Source: Microcystis aeruginosa NIES-843
Lineage (GTDB): Bacteria; Cyanobacteriota; Cyanobacteriia; Cyanobacteriales; Microcystaceae
Assembly (NCBI RefSeq): GCF_000010625.1
Contig: NC_010296.1
Span: 3,330,001-3,362,000 of the forward strand
DNA: 32,000 bases
Direction of reading: 5' to 3'
The notes beneath the pieces were generated by a model, which saw nothing but the letters and a program-made list of their open reading frames with translations, searched no databases and was not told the DNA's origin. Positions 21,924 through 31,944 of the stretch are shown one piece after another; the first letter of the stretch is position 1, and every line of letters begins with the position of its first letter. The position numbers and the translations under genes are program-made.

Positions 21924-22662
21924 TCAAAAAATTCCAGCCGAGGTAACTTTAGTGTTAGATAAAGTCAAAAAAAAGCTCCCGGGTAATTATTTAGTGCTGT
22001 TGTGCCTGCTGCTGCTATTGATTTTAGGGGGTATCTTGCCCAATTTAATTTCTGGCCAGTGGTCTTGGGTGGATCAACCGAGAATCAGTAATATGCAGAA
22101 AATGCTGGCCCTACAAGAATCGGGAATCAAGTTCTCTGACCTGAAAACCATCGACCAGATCCAAGGTGAAATCGGTGAGGGAAAATGGTCGGTACAAGTG
22201 GTGGAAACTCCTGAAGGCAAGAGGATCACCGTGCTTTTAAAGCCACAGGTTTACTATAAAAATCAACCGGGATTAGAATGGTCGGATATCACTTCGATTA
22301 GTCGTTGGAATCAGGGGGAAACAACCGAGCTATTAATCCCCACCCAGTCGGGAGGAAAGGCCACGGCTCGATTCTATCGTGCCTGGACAAAAAACACCTT
22401 TGCCGTGGTGCAATGGTATGCTTGGCTAGGTGGTGGTCATTACGATCCCTCTGTTTGGTATTGGCTTGACCAATGGGCGCAATTAAAAAGACAGAGAGTA
22501 CCCTGGATAGCCGTTTCCTTGATGATTCCCTTAGACCCGACCAAAGAACTGCAAACTCTCACCCCCTTTGCTCTCAATCTCGCCAAGGAAGTTCAAAGTA
22601 ACTTAGAACAAAATGTCTTAAGTCAATTAACTTCTCTGCCTGAGACCAAAAAAGAAAAGTAG
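21916..22662 (+). CDS. Cyanoexosortase A system-associated (EpsI-like) protein
   Basis: It overlaps the exosortase stop by 8 nt, which suggests translational coupling. It has a single N-terminal TM helix. Position and size fit the exosortase-associated family. The assignment rests mainly on context. Confidence 0.55.
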   Translation: MISQKIPAEVTLVLDKVKKKLPGNYLVLLCLLLLLILGGILPNLISGQWSWVDQPRISNMQKMLALQESGIKFSDLKTIDQIQGEIGEGKWSVQVVETPEGKRITVLLKPQVYYKNQPGLEWSDITSISRWNQGETTELLIPTQSGGKATARFYRAWTKNTFAVVQWYAWLGGGHYDPSVWYWLDQWAQLKRQRVPWIAVSLMIPLDPTKELQTLTPFALNLAKEVQSNLEQNVLSQLTSLPETKKEK

Positions 22663-22782
22663 TTTTTCTGCTCCCAACTATCTGTTTAAAAAAAACTAGC
22701 TCAAGGCACTTTTCTAGTCCTTAATAGCTTCTTTGTTCCTCTCCCACTAGATAACTCTCAGAAAATAAATTGATATATCTGT

Positions 22783-24009
22783 ATGATTCCACCAATGCTC
22801 AACAAGTTTTTGCCAGTTAGTTTATTCAGAACCGGGGCCATAGCCTTATCAGGGTTGAGTCTGACAGGGTTATTATGGGTAATTCACTCCGAGAGACTCA
22901 AGGCCCAGGGTCCTTTGTCCATACCCCAGACTCAACCAGGAGCCGGGTTGGAATTTTTGCCCCCCCAACCCCCTAATCCCACCTTTCCTGAAAACACGAT
23001 TCCCCCCGCTGGCTACAGTCCTCCGGTTTACTCTCCCAATAATCCCCAATCCCGACAAATTCAGACCTATCGACTCGATATCGGCGATCAAATTACTGTC
23101 TCGGTTCCCGATTTTCCCGAATTTAATTCCACAGGGCCAGTGGATCCCGATGGGAATTTTCTGGTGCCGATTTTAGGGCGTATTCCGGTGCTGGGCTTGA
23201 CTTTAGACGAAGTGCAAACTAAGATCCGCCTCGAATTGGGGAGAAAATACCTGCGGGAGGAACCGGAAGTGATTGCGGTTTTAACCACTGCCCGGCCCGT
23301 CCAGTTAACCATTCTGGGAGAGGTACAGCGGCCGGGGTTTTATAGTATTGCTCCTAATACTTCCCTAGCACAGGTAATTTTGGCGGCGGGGGGTGGCACT
23401 CCCAGAGCCGATCTGCGTTCGATCCTTGTCCGTCGGGTTTTAGTCGATGGTACAGTGTTAGAGGAGAAACTTGACCTTTATACTCCCTTAATTAAAGGGG
23501 AACGCTTGCCAGATCTGCGTCTGCAAGGGGGCGATGCCGTGATTGTTTCCAAGTTAGAAGTCGGCCAAGAGACGGGATATAATCGCACACTGGTGGCTAG
23601 AACCACCCTCGCCCAGCAGAATATCACCGTCAGGGTTTTAGCTCCCTCAATTCCTTCAGGAATTTCCCTGAGAAATGTTTCGATTCCTAATGGCAGTAGC
23701 TTCCTTGATGTAGTGGCTAGTTTACCGGTTTCCGATCGCCTGCGGATTAATGTCAATGAAGTGTCCCTGCTCCGTTTTGATAGTGCCAAAGGGGGAATTG
23801 TTAGTCAAACTTTGAGTCCGATAGCGGCAGTTAGGGGAGATATCTCCCAAAATGTCCCCTTAGAAGATCAGGACGTAATTATCGTCACCCGCACCCTATT
23901 AGGGGAGATTTTCGCCGCTTTTAATATTATTACCCAACCCATCCGGGATATTTCCAGTTTTACCAATACAATTCTCGACTTTGGCAATCAATTCAATAAC
24001 TTCCAATAA
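22783..24009 (+). CDS. Polysaccharide export protein (Wza-like; Poly_export plus SLBB domains)
   Basis: YRLDIGDQITVSV...DPDGNFLVPILGRIPVLGLTLDEV matches Poly_export. LTILGEVQRPGFY matches SLBB. The N-terminus has a signal/TM segment and a Pro-rich linker. Confidence 0.8.
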   Translation: MIPPMLNKFLPVSLFRTGAIALSGLSLTGLLWVIHSERLKAQGPLSIPQTQPGAGLEFLPPQPPNPTFPENTIPPAGYSPPVYSPNNPQSRQIQTYRLDIGDQITVSVPDFPEFNSTGPVDPDGNFLVPILGRIPVLGLTLDEVQTKIRLELGRKYLREEPEVIAVLTTARPVQLTILGEVQRPGFYSIAPNTSLAQVILAAGGGTPRADLRSILVRRVLVDGTVLEEKLDLYTPLIKGERLPDLRLQGGDAVIVSKLEVGQETGYNRTLVARTTLAQQNITVRVLAPSIPSGISLRNVSIPNGSSFLDVVASLPVSDRLRINVNEVSLLRFDSAKGGIVSQTLSPIAAVRGDISQNVPLEDQDVIIVTRTLLGEIFAAFNIITQPIRDISSFTNTILDFGNQFNNFQ

Positions 24010-24126
24010 TTGAGGGGCAACTTGCTCCCTTCACTCCTTAACACAACTTCATAAGCTAGGATTTCAAGGGCGAGAATCACTCTTGACCGCTAAAATGTAA
24101 AGAATCTGGGAATACATTAAAAAGCT

Positions 24127-26349
24127 ATGGCTCTACCAATTGTTAAACGATTTCTCATCTCGCTAGATCAGAACAAATTTGTGGGAATATTCGTCTTCCT
24201 CGTCTGTTTAGGTGGTTCTGTGATCTTTGCTCTCCTACCCGATCCTGAGAAACCCCCCACCTTTTATCGGGCGGTGGGACAATTGGCCTACCGGGTGCCG
24301 CCGCCAGCTTTTACCAGTACAGGAAGCCAACTGCAAGAACAAGGGCGGGCTATTGACCGCGATTTACTGCTGTCTCCCCGGGTATTGGTCAGTGCCGCCA
24401 AAAAATTGCAATTTAATCAGGAACAGATCGTTGAAATTCGCGATCGAGATTTGAAAATCACCTTCCCCGGTGAAGCGGAGGGACAAAAAAATAATACCAA
24501 TCGGTCTACAGGAACCGACCAACCCCAAGAGATACTTTTAGAGTTAACGGCCGACTCCCAGGCCAAGGCGGAGTTAATTCTCGAAACCTTGATGAAGGAA
24601 ATGGTGGAATACAGTCGCTGGCTGAATACTTCCCAGTTACGGGCCCGCATAGAAGCTCTCAGTGTCCGACTTAACGAAGTCCAAAAAGATTTAACCAGAG
24701 CCGAAGAAAAGTTTTATCGCTACATTAGTACCCAGGGTTCAGATTTATTGGCGATTCAAGATGGGAGTTTATTCACCGCTATCACCAGTAGTCAACAGCA
24801 ACAGCGAGAAATTCGCCTAGAACTGCAAGGCATTCAAGGACAGATTAATAGTCTGAGTGAACAACTCGATTTAACCCCCGATCAAGCTTACACCTCCTCG
24901 GCCCTTAGTGCCGACCCGATTATTGCCAGTATCCGAGCGCAGATCTTGGACACGGAAACCCAATTGGAGCGACTACAGAAGGATTTACGTCCCGAACATC
25001 CCACCGTAGTTAAATTACGCAAACAACAGGAAGTTAACGAATCTCTCTTACAAAAAAGAGCCGCCGAGGTGATCGGAAAAGATGGCATCCTGACCGATCT
25101 TCCCAGCAGTCGCATCCGTCAGCAAAGTAATCTCGATGCCACCCGTCAACAACTAGCGGCTCAATTAGTCACCCTGCAAACCCAGCGCGAGGGTTTAATG
25201 AAACAATTAGAATCCTTAGTGACTCAGGAACAGCAATTACGCTCCCAATACGAGAAATTCCCCGATAAACAGCTACAGCAAGCTCGTTTAACCCAAGCCG
25301 TCGCCTTTCAACGGGGTATCTACGAGAATATTCTCAATGCTCTGGTGGATGCTCAGGCTGCAGAAGCGGAAACCGTGGGTAGTCTCACCGTCGCCCAAAC
25401 GCCAGTTGCTCAACCGATCGAACAGGTGTTTAACCGCAAGAATCGTACCTTGATTCTCTTGGTGGGTGCTGGTTTGGGAACTTTAGCCGGATTGGGTACG
25501 ATTCTCCTGTTAGCAGTGATCGATGATCGCCTGCACAGTCCCCAAGAATTGCGGGAAGCTTTGGTTAGTCGGGATATACTACTCTTAGGACAATTGCCCA
25601 TTGTCCGGAATTTAGAGGGCGAGGAAATCGAGCCGATTCTCGCCGATGCTAATGCCAATTATCTCCCCTACTACGAACGTTTACGCAGTACCCTGCGACT
25701 TGTGGGCGGCGGCGAAACGGTGAAAGTGGTTGTTGTCACCAGCATTACTGGCGGAGAGGGGAAAACCGCCACTGCCTATAATCTGGCGATTGCAGCATCT
25801 TTAGCGGGCCGACGGACTCTGTTAGTCGAAGGAGATCTGAGAAGTCCCTCTAAGGCCGAAGAAATCGGAGTCACTCCCGATCCCAATTCTTTCCGAGAAC
25901 CCCTACTTTACTACGGGGCAAAAAGTAAATCGATCCGGCTGGCCCCAAATATAGAAAACCTTTCCATTTTGCCTAGTCCCGGTCCGCAAAAACAAGCGGC
26001 AGCCATCATTGAATCGAGCGAATTACAATTAATTCTCAAAGATTCTCGCGGCCGTTTCGATCTGGTGATTGTCGATACTCCTTCTCTGTCTAGCTGTAAT
26101 GATGCGCTGCTCTTAGAAGAACTAGCGGACGGGATTATTCTGGTAACGCGCCAGGCGATAACTCGTTCTAGTCTCTTGAGTGAGGCAACTGACCAGTTAA
26201 TAGAAGCGGAAGTGAAAATTTTAGGGGCGGTGATTAACTACGTCGATATTACACCAACTCTCAACACCGCCGAACCGGAACTGCCGCCTTTGATAGTCCC
26301 CCCAACACAGGAAAAAACAGAGACAGAGGAAGTGAAAGTGGAGGTATAA
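24127..26349 (+). CDS. GumC/Wzc-like polysaccharide co-polymerase with C-terminal BY-kinase-type P-loop domain
   Basis: An N-terminal TM helix is followed by a long periplasmic coiled coil and a second TM helix. The Walker A is VVVTSITGGEGKT, the Walker A' is LLVEGDLRSP and the Walker B is DLVIVDTPS. Confidence 0.8.
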   Translation: MALPIVKRFLISLDQNKFVGIFVFLVCLGGSVIFALLPDPEKPPTFYRAVGQLAYRVPPPAFTSTGSQLQEQGRAIDRDLLLSPRVLVSAAKKLQFNQEQIVEIRDRDLKITFPGEAEGQKNNTNRSTGTDQPQEILLELTADSQAKAELILETLMKEMVEYSRWLNTSQLRARIEALSVRLNEVQKDLTRAEEKFYRYISTQGSDLLAIQDGSLFTAITSSQQQQREIRLELQGIQGQINSLSEQLDLTPDQAYTSSALSADPIIASIRAQILDTETQLERLQKDLRPEHPTVVKLRKQQEVNESLLQKRAAEVIGKDGILTDLPSSRIRQQSNLDATRQQLAAQLVTLQTQREGLMKQLESLVTQEQQLRSQYEKFPDKQLQQARLTQAVAFQRGIYENILNALVDAQAAEAETVGSLTVAQTPVAQPIEQVFNRKNRTLILLVGAGLGTLAGLGTILLLAVIDDRLHSPQELREALVSRDILLLGQLPIVRNLEGEEIEPILADANANYLPYYERLRSTLRLVGGGETVKVVVVTSITGGEGKTATAYNLAIAASLAGRRTLLVEGDLRSPSKAEEIGVTPDPNSFREPLLYYGAKSKSIRLAPNIENLSILPSPGPQKQAAAIIESSELQLILKDSRGRFDLVIVDTPSLSSCNDALLLEELADGIILVTRQAITRSSLLSEATDQLIEAEVKILGAVINYVDITPTLNTAEPELPPLIVPPTQEKTETEEVKVEV

Positions 26350-26355
26350 ATGCGG

Positions 26356-27804
26356 TTACTTATGACAAAATCTTCTGGCTCGATCGAATTGTGGTTCTTG
26401 CCAAGAAAAAGCAAAATGACTGATACTATCTATGGTGGGAAAGGCTAGGCGAATCGCTTCCATTTGCACTTCTAAGGAGGGACGATTGTTATAGGGTTGT
26501 CCCCATAAACCCGCTAAAGCCGGGATCACAGCAGTTTGATTTCCCCTGCTTGCCACTACTCTTTTGATCTGATTAACCACACAGGTGGTATCGTTACAAT
26601 TAGCGTAGGACATGGGATGCCATTCTAGGGAAGCGGGAAAACTATCCCAAGCTTGTAAACGGGAATCAAAACCTTGATTACCCACAAGACGATTTCCATC
26701 AGGAAAAAACACTGCCCCGGCGGGAATTCCCTGACGTTCCACTAGGGCAGAAAAATAACTAATATAATCAATTACACCCTGGGCAGCATGGGCAACCGCT
26801 AGGAACCAAAGTTCTAATTTGAGGCGATCAAAACGACTTTTAACTGATTGTTTCATCTCCTCTTCTAAGGGGATTCTACCCTGCCAAAGAGGGGCGGTTT
26901 CTTGGGGATAAAGGCGATCGGCTTCGACGATATCATGGGGGGAAATTTGGCCGCGAGTCAGATAGCGATCGATTAAAAATTTGCCCTTATTATTCAATCC
27001 TCGATTAATTAAAGCTTGTCGGGATGCCGGACTAAAAATCCATAAATCTTGGACATTATCAGCCACGGAATCGACTCCTGTTCCTCTGGGATAGCGAATA
27101 TAATCAAATAAAACTCCATCGGGACGACGTTGTAAAATGGCTTCTAGGAGAATTAAATAATCCTGTCGCGCTTGATTGCTGTAGGGATCGACAAAAGTTT
27201 GGGATCGATCATCGACAAAAGAGGTGCTATCCTGTCCTTTACCATTGCGTGCTAACACCTCCTGTCGCTCGGGTTTTAAGCTATAAGCATAGCCAAAATT
27301 GAGGCTAAATAACCAAGCATAAACCTTTAAACCGCGTTTATGTCCCTGTTCGATCGCCTGTGCTAATAAATCCACATTTCCCGCACCGGGATTTTTAATC
27401 ACGCTATCCCAAACGGTGGGATTATTGTTAGGAGGTAATAGGACTTGACCATCGGCAAAAACTTCCAGATAAACTGTATTATAACCTTTGGCCACGATGC
27501 GATCGAGGATACTTTCTATCGATCCGGGACGGGTATCACAGGAGTAGAGACGTAACCAGATTGCCTGTTCCTGTAACCAGTGTCGGGAACGGCAAAAGCG
27601 CAATTGTTCAGCATATTTCTGCAATAAAATGTTATATTCTTGGGGGGAAGTTTGACGCAGATTTTCTTGTTGTTTGATTTCCGATTCGGACAGTTGACAA
27701 TTATCATTGACTGCGAGGCTAGGGTTAATCCCTAGGGAACTACTCCAGAGGATTATAGCGAGGAAACAGGATAGCGATCGCAGATAATTGACTTTTTTTA
27801 ACAT
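26356..27804 (-). CDS. Secreted glycoside-hydrolase-like protein (GHL10/DUF187, YngK-type TIM barrel)
   Basis: It has a signal peptide. GYNTVYLEVFADGQVLLP, VYAWLF and DGVLFDYIRYP are patterns typical of the family annotated as family 10 glycosylhydrolase/DUF187. Confidence 0.65.
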   Translation of the reverse strand: MLKKVNYLRSLSCFLAIILWSSSLGINPSLAVNDNCQLSESEIKQQENLRQTSPQEYNILLQKYAEQLRFCRSRHWLQEQAIWLRLYSCDTRPGSIESILDRIVAKGYNTVYLEVFADGQVLLPPNNNPTVWDSVIKNPGAGNVDLLAQAIEQGHKRGLKVYAWLFSLNFGYAYSLKPERQEVLARNGKGQDSTSFVDDRSQTFVDPYSNQARQDYLILLEAILQRRPDGVLFDYIRYPRGTGVDSVADNVQDLWIFSPASRQALINRGLNNKGKFLIDRYLTRGQISPHDIVEADRLYPQETAPLWQGRIPLEEEMKQSVKSRFDRLKLELWFLAVAHAAQGVIDYISYFSALVERQGIPAGAVFFPDGNRLVGNQGFDSRLQAWDSFPASLEWHPMSYANCNDTTCVVNQIKRVVASRGNQTAVIPALAGLWGQPYNNRPSLEVQMEAIRLAFPTIDSISHFAFSWQEPQFDRARRFCHK

Positions 27805-28126
27805 AGTTGTTCACGGCAAAAGTAGCAAAGGAGAAATTTTCTTAGTTTGCTATTTTTTTAGAGCAGTTATCTTAATGGTGAGGTATAATGTTTTCGGTTT
27901 GGGGATAGGAGAGACAGGAGACGATTCTCAGTCAGATTATACTTCACCTTGATCGAAAATTTGGGTTGAAAACCCCGGCAAAATTTTGCCACCAACCAAC
28001 CCAATCAACCGATCAGATGTTTCCCTTCAACTAATTTCTAAGCGCGAGTAGAGAGTTTCTTCAGGCTAGAAGCTAACCGCTCAATCTTCTTCCTTTGCAA
28101 GGCAAGATAGGAAGATGGAAAATTAG

Positions 28127-28351
28127 TTAGGGTCTGCTGAAAAAGTTTTTCCTAGAAGCAGGGTGTAGGGTGTAGGGTGTAGGGTGTGGGGTGTGGGGTT
28201 TTACCGATTTTGAGGGGGTCAATTACCTAATTTTCAGGGAAAAAGTACCTGAATTTCCCCCTGATCACTCCCATGCCAGGCACTTTTGGATTTCAAAAAG
28301 GTCTAAAAGTCTTATCCAACAAGGTTTTTAGATTTATTCAGCAAACCCTAG
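28127..28351 (-). mobile_element. MITE-like dispersed element, copy B (inverted relative to 767-1008)
   Basis: The terminal inverted repeats are TTAGGGTCTGCTGAA (28127-28141) and TTCAGCAAACCCTAG (28337-28351), which match at 13 of 15 positions when one is reverse-complemented. It has an internal (GGGTGTR) heptamer array at 28161-28198. The body is homologous to copy A. Confidence 0.6.
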
Positions 28352-28373
28352 TTAACCTTTTGGCAATTGCTCG

Positions 28374-29129
28374 ATGACTAAAAATAAAAGAGTGCTGATT
28401 TTAGGGGGAACGGGGGAAGCGGCGGCATTAGCGGCTAAAATTGCGGCAATTCCGGGCATAGATGCCATCGCTTCTTTGGCAGGTCGCACGAGAGAACCGA
28501 TTACTCTCACAACTCCTTCTCGCCGGGGGGGGTTTGGTGGTGCCGCCGGGTTAGCCAATTATCTGCGCCAAGAAGGCATTGATTGTTTAATTGATGCCAC
28601 CCATCCCTTTGCCGCACAAATTTCCTTTAATGCCGCTCAAGCCGCCTCGGATTGTGGTATTCCTCGATTAATGTTAAGTCGTCCAGCTTGGGAAAAAGTA
28701 TCTGGAGATAATTGGATTGAAGTAGAAAACAATCAAGCGGCGGCGAATATTTTACCCGGGTTAGCACCGCGGATATTTCTCACTATTGGTCGGCAAGAAC
28801 TGGCCAGTTATGCACATCTAAACAATATCTGGTTTTTGATGCGGATGATTGACCCACCGGCAGCGGATGCCATCGTACCGGTTGGAAAATTATTGTTGGA
28901 ACGGGGTCCTTTTTCTTTGCAGTCAGAGCGCTCTCTTTTGCAAGAATATAAGATTGGGGCGATCGTGAGTAAAAATAGCGGCGGTGATGCCACTTACGCC
29001 AAAATTATCGCCGCTAGAGAGTTGGGAATAACCGTGGTCATGGTGCAACGTCCACCTGTACCTGAAGGAGAAAAAGTGGCGGATGTTAAAAGTGTCCTGG
29101 CATGGTTAGAAAAAAGATGGCTCTCTTGA
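28374..29129 (+). CDS. cobK: Precorrin-6A / cobalt-precorrin-6A reductase
   Basis: It has the VLILGGTGEA N-terminal nucleotide-binding motif, DATHPFA, and SKNSGG near the C-terminus. Confidence 0.85.
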   Translation: MTKNKRVLILGGTGEAAALAAKIAAIPGIDAIASLAGRTREPITLTTPSRRGGFGGAAGLANYLRQEGIDCLIDATHPFAAQISFNAAQAASDCGIPRLMLSRPAWEKVSGDNWIEVENNQAAANILPGLAPRIFLTIGRQELASYAHLNNIWFLMRMIDPPAADAIVPVGKLLLERGPFSLQSERSLLQEYKIGAIVSKNSGGDATYAKIIAARELGITVVMVQRPPVPEGEKVADVKSVLAWLEKRWLS

Positions 29130-29184
29130 TTTTTCTGGGAAAATCATCGGTAAGGTTTGTTGAAAAAGTCAATTGTCTGGTGAT

Positions 29185-29257
29185 GGGGTTTTAGGGTTTT
29201 AGGGTTTTAGTTGAAATTCCCCACTTCCCCACTTCCCCACTTCCCACTTCCCCACCC
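29185..29257. repeat. Composite microsatellite: (GGGTTTTA)-type G-rich units, then (CCCCACTT) C-rich units
   Basis: Direct reading gives ggggttttagggttttagggttttag ttgaaatt ccccacttccccacttccccacttcccacttccccaccc. The layout is the same as at 5430-5574. Confidence 0.9.
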
Positions 29258-29269
29258 AATCTAGGAAAA

Positions 29270-30457
29270 TTACACTTTCACCACGTTGCTAAAAGAGATT
29301 TTCAGGTAATCATCTTCCATTTTTGCTCCGGAAGGTTTCAGGGCTGCTAAAGCTTGGGGTAAGACTAAATTACGACGGTGATTACCGATGCGAATATTTA
29401 ACTCGTCTCCAGTTTTATTTAGCTGTATTTGTTCCTTGGGTATGCCGGGTAAATATAATTCCAGACTGTAATGATTTTCCTGTTGAACTACCCGAATGGT
29501 GTTTTCTTGGTAATAAACCTTAGTCGGATCTTCCCCAGCAAAAAGAGTTTCTTTCAGTCTTTCCAAAGCGGGTAAACCACACATTTCTTCCGAGTAGAGA
29601 GGAACTTCCTTAACCGGTAAGGGATGAAAATTATCGTAAATTTCCTGTTTATAACCCTGTTGATTTTCTTTCCAACGAGCAAAGAAAGGATCGGTTACTT
29701 TGTCGGGAATAATCCGATTAGCAATAATCAAATCGGTGGAAACATTATAGAGACTTAGGTAGGCATGGGCGCGTAAAGACTCCTTAATCACCATTTTTTC
29801 GGGGTTTGTCACCAAACGTACCGAGGTTTGAGTATTATCGGTCAAAACCTTTTCTAAAGCCTCGATCTGCTCATAAAACTCGTAGGGAGCGTCCATAACT
29901 TCCTTGTCCGGTAGGGAAAAACCGGCGATCGGTCGAAAAAAGGGTTCCACCAGTGGTCGCAATGCCACCGACATTCCCTGTAAAGGTTTGTAAAATCTTC
30001 TCATGTACCAACCGCCCACTTCTGGCAAACTCAGCAATCGTAAGGCTGTACCCGTGGGTGCGGAATCGATAATCAACACATCATAAGTACCCTCATCGTA
30101 GTGGCGTTTCATGCGAACTAAGCCGAAAATCTCATCCATTCCGGGTAAAATCGCTAATTCTTCCGCTTGCACTCCATCTAAACCCCTAGCTTGCAATACC
30201 TGAGTAATGTAACGTTTTACTGCGCCCCAGTTGCCTTCCAATTCCATTAGTGCGTCTAATTCTGCCCCCCAAAGATGGGGACGTACCAAACGAGGATCGT
30301 GACCTAATTCGAGATCGAAACTGTCAGCGAGAGAGTGAGCGGGATCGGTGCTGAGAACTAGGGTTTTATAGCCAAGTTCGGCGCAGCGGAGTCCTGTAGC
30401 GGCGGCGACGGAGGTTTTACCCACGCCTCCTTTACCGGTCATGAGAATTACACGCAT
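29270..30457 (-). CDS. ArsA/Get3-family ATPase with C-terminal alpha-crystallin-like domain
   Basis: It has the deviant Walker [10 protein letters not shown], the STDPAHSL motif, DSAPTG, and a roughly 90-aa C-terminal beta-rich segment ([38 protein letters not shown]). Confidence 0.9.
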   Translation of the reverse strand: MRVILMTGKGGVGKTSVAAATGLRCAELGYKTLVLSTDPAHSLADSFDLELGHDPRLVRPHLWGAELDALMELEGNWGAVKRYITQVLQARGLDGVQAEELAILPGMDEIFGLVRMKRHYDEGTYDVLIIDSAPTGTALRLLSLPEVGGWYMRRFYKPLQGMSVALRPLVEPFFRPIAGFSLPDKEVMDAPYEFYEQIEALEKVLTDNTQTSVRLVTNPEKMVIKESLRAHAYLSLYNVSTDLIIANRIIPDKVTDPFFARWKENQQGYKQEIYDNFHPLPVKEVPLYSEEMCGLPALERLKETLFAGEDPTKVYYQENTIRVVQQENHYSLELYLPGIPKEQIQLNKTGDELNIRIGNHRRNLVLPQALAALKPSGAKMEDDYLKISFSNVVKV

Positions 30458-30531
30458 GGGGGCTGATTCTAAGAAAATTTACATTACTTATTCTTATTAT
30501 GACGGGAAAGTTAACAAATTGAGGACAAGAA

Positions 30532-30951
30532 TCAGCATTCTTGGCTAGAAAATTCCACTCCCCGACCATCACCCCGGGGAATTAGGCTCTGTTCAAAAAA
30601 TTGCTGACAGCGATTTTCGGCATCAGCGACGAGAACTTTAGCAAAATGACCCTTTTCGAGAACTTCTTGCCTCGGACGTTGTTCGTAGGCATAGATAATC
30701 AAAATATCTCCTGGTTGACAGAGCAGAGCCGCACCACCGTTGGGGCAAATTTCCCCGGTGTGGCCGGGAAAAACGTAGGTGGAAAAGCGCTTACCATTGC
30801 TAAGATTGACCACATCCACCTCTTCAAGGGGCAAAATACCGACCCGCTCAATCAATTCTCGATCGATAGTGATACTGCCGACATAATCGACGTTAGCCTC
30901 GCTGACGCGCACTCGATGGAGTTTGGCGTGCATTAATCGAATTGTTCCCAT
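30532..30951 (-). CDS. panD: Aspartate 1-decarboxylase (pyruvoyl-dependent)
   Basis: It contains [21 protein letters not shown] (the self-processing G-S site), NGKRFSTY and NGGAA. Confidence 0.9.
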   Translation of the reverse strand: MGTIRLMHAKLHRVRVSEANVDYVGSITIDRELIERVGILPLEEVDVVNLSNGKRFSTYVFPGHTGEICPNGGAALLCQPGDILIIYAYEQRPRQEVLEKGHFAKVLVADAENRCQQFFEQSLIPRGDGRGVEFSSQEC

Positions 30952-30988
30952 GTATTTTTTCCTATTTCCCCCAATTACTTCAATTATT

Positions 30989-31816
30989 ATGCTCTCCCAG
31001 TGGGAATGTTTACTAAAAAATCTCGGTCAATGGCAAGGTTCTTTTACCCGTCTGTCTCCCCAAGGCGATCTGATCGAAGATACCCCGACTTTGGTATCTT
31101 TGCAAGGCGTTAATAATAATCGATCAATTCGTCAATTGGTCCGCCGTCTCTACAGCGATCGAGTGCCAGAAGATTTGATTTTAGAGTATAGTTCTCTCCA
31201 TCAGGGTATTCTATTTAGCCAGACGGGAGCTTTTTGCCAAGGTTCTCTATATTTTAGTAGTTTTTCCTCACAATTCGGGGCAGAATTTGGGTTAATCTCT
31301 GGAGAAAGACGATTAAGAATCGTACAGTTATTTAATGAGCGCTGTGAGTTCGATCGCTTGACTTTAATTCGGGAAAAGTTAGTGGATTCTCAGTCACCAG
31401 AAAGACCGATGTTATCGGTGGAGCAATTACTGGGTCAATGGCGAGGACAGGCGGTGACAACGGGACGCGATTTTTATAATTCTCCTGCCTATTCTACCCA
31501 TGTATCGATCGAGCGTCAGGGGGATAATTATCTCTCGCAAACTTTGACTTTTGGCGATAGTCAAATTACTTCTAGCGCTCGTATTGAGGGACAAAGATTG
31601 TTGTTTGAAAATAGTCCGCTGCCGATTCAAATCCTGCTGCTGCCCGATGGAGCCTCCTGTAATACACCTCTGAAAATTACTGCCGGTCATCGTTTTGTTT
31701 TAGAGGTGGGTTGGTTACTTTCTCCTACTCAAAGACAGCGCTTAATTCGTTCTTATAACGAGAAGGGAGAATGGACAGGTATTACTCTGGTGACAGAGGA
31801 AAAAGAAAGCTATTAG
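30989..31816 (+). CDS. DUF3598-family cyanobacterial/plastid-lineage protein
   Basis: [26 protein letters not shown] is the typical DUF3598 N-terminus as I recall it. The ATG at 30989 is in frame, whereas the longer start at 30923 would overlap panD. Confidence 0.65.
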   Translation: MLSQWECLLKNLGQWQGSFTRLSPQGDLIEDTPTLVSLQGVNNNRSIRQLVRRLYSDRVPEDLILEYSSLHQGILFSQTGAFCQGSLYFSSFSSQFGAEFGLISGERRLRIVQLFNERCEFDRLTLIREKLVDSQSPERPMLSVEQLLGQWRGQAVTTGRDFYNSPAYSTHVSIERQGDNYLSQTLTFGDSQITSSARIEGQRLLFENSPLPIQILLLPDGASCNTPLKITAGHRFVLEVGWLLSPTQRQRLIRSYNEKGEWTGITLVTEEKESY

Positions 31817-31944
31817 CCGTCAGCCGTCAGCTAGATTGATAATAAAAAGGAAATTGACTAATTACACTGAAAAATATCGGGTTTCTCCTAAACATGAATT
31901 ATAAGTAAGTAGTTATAATTAAATTGAAGATAGATTTTGCCTCA

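Noticed and set aside
27805-28373. A possible cobalamin riboswitch upstream of cobK.
   Set aside because: I could not find a B12-box-like core or the conserved riboswitch helices. Most of the interval is explained by the MITE-like element at 28127-28351.
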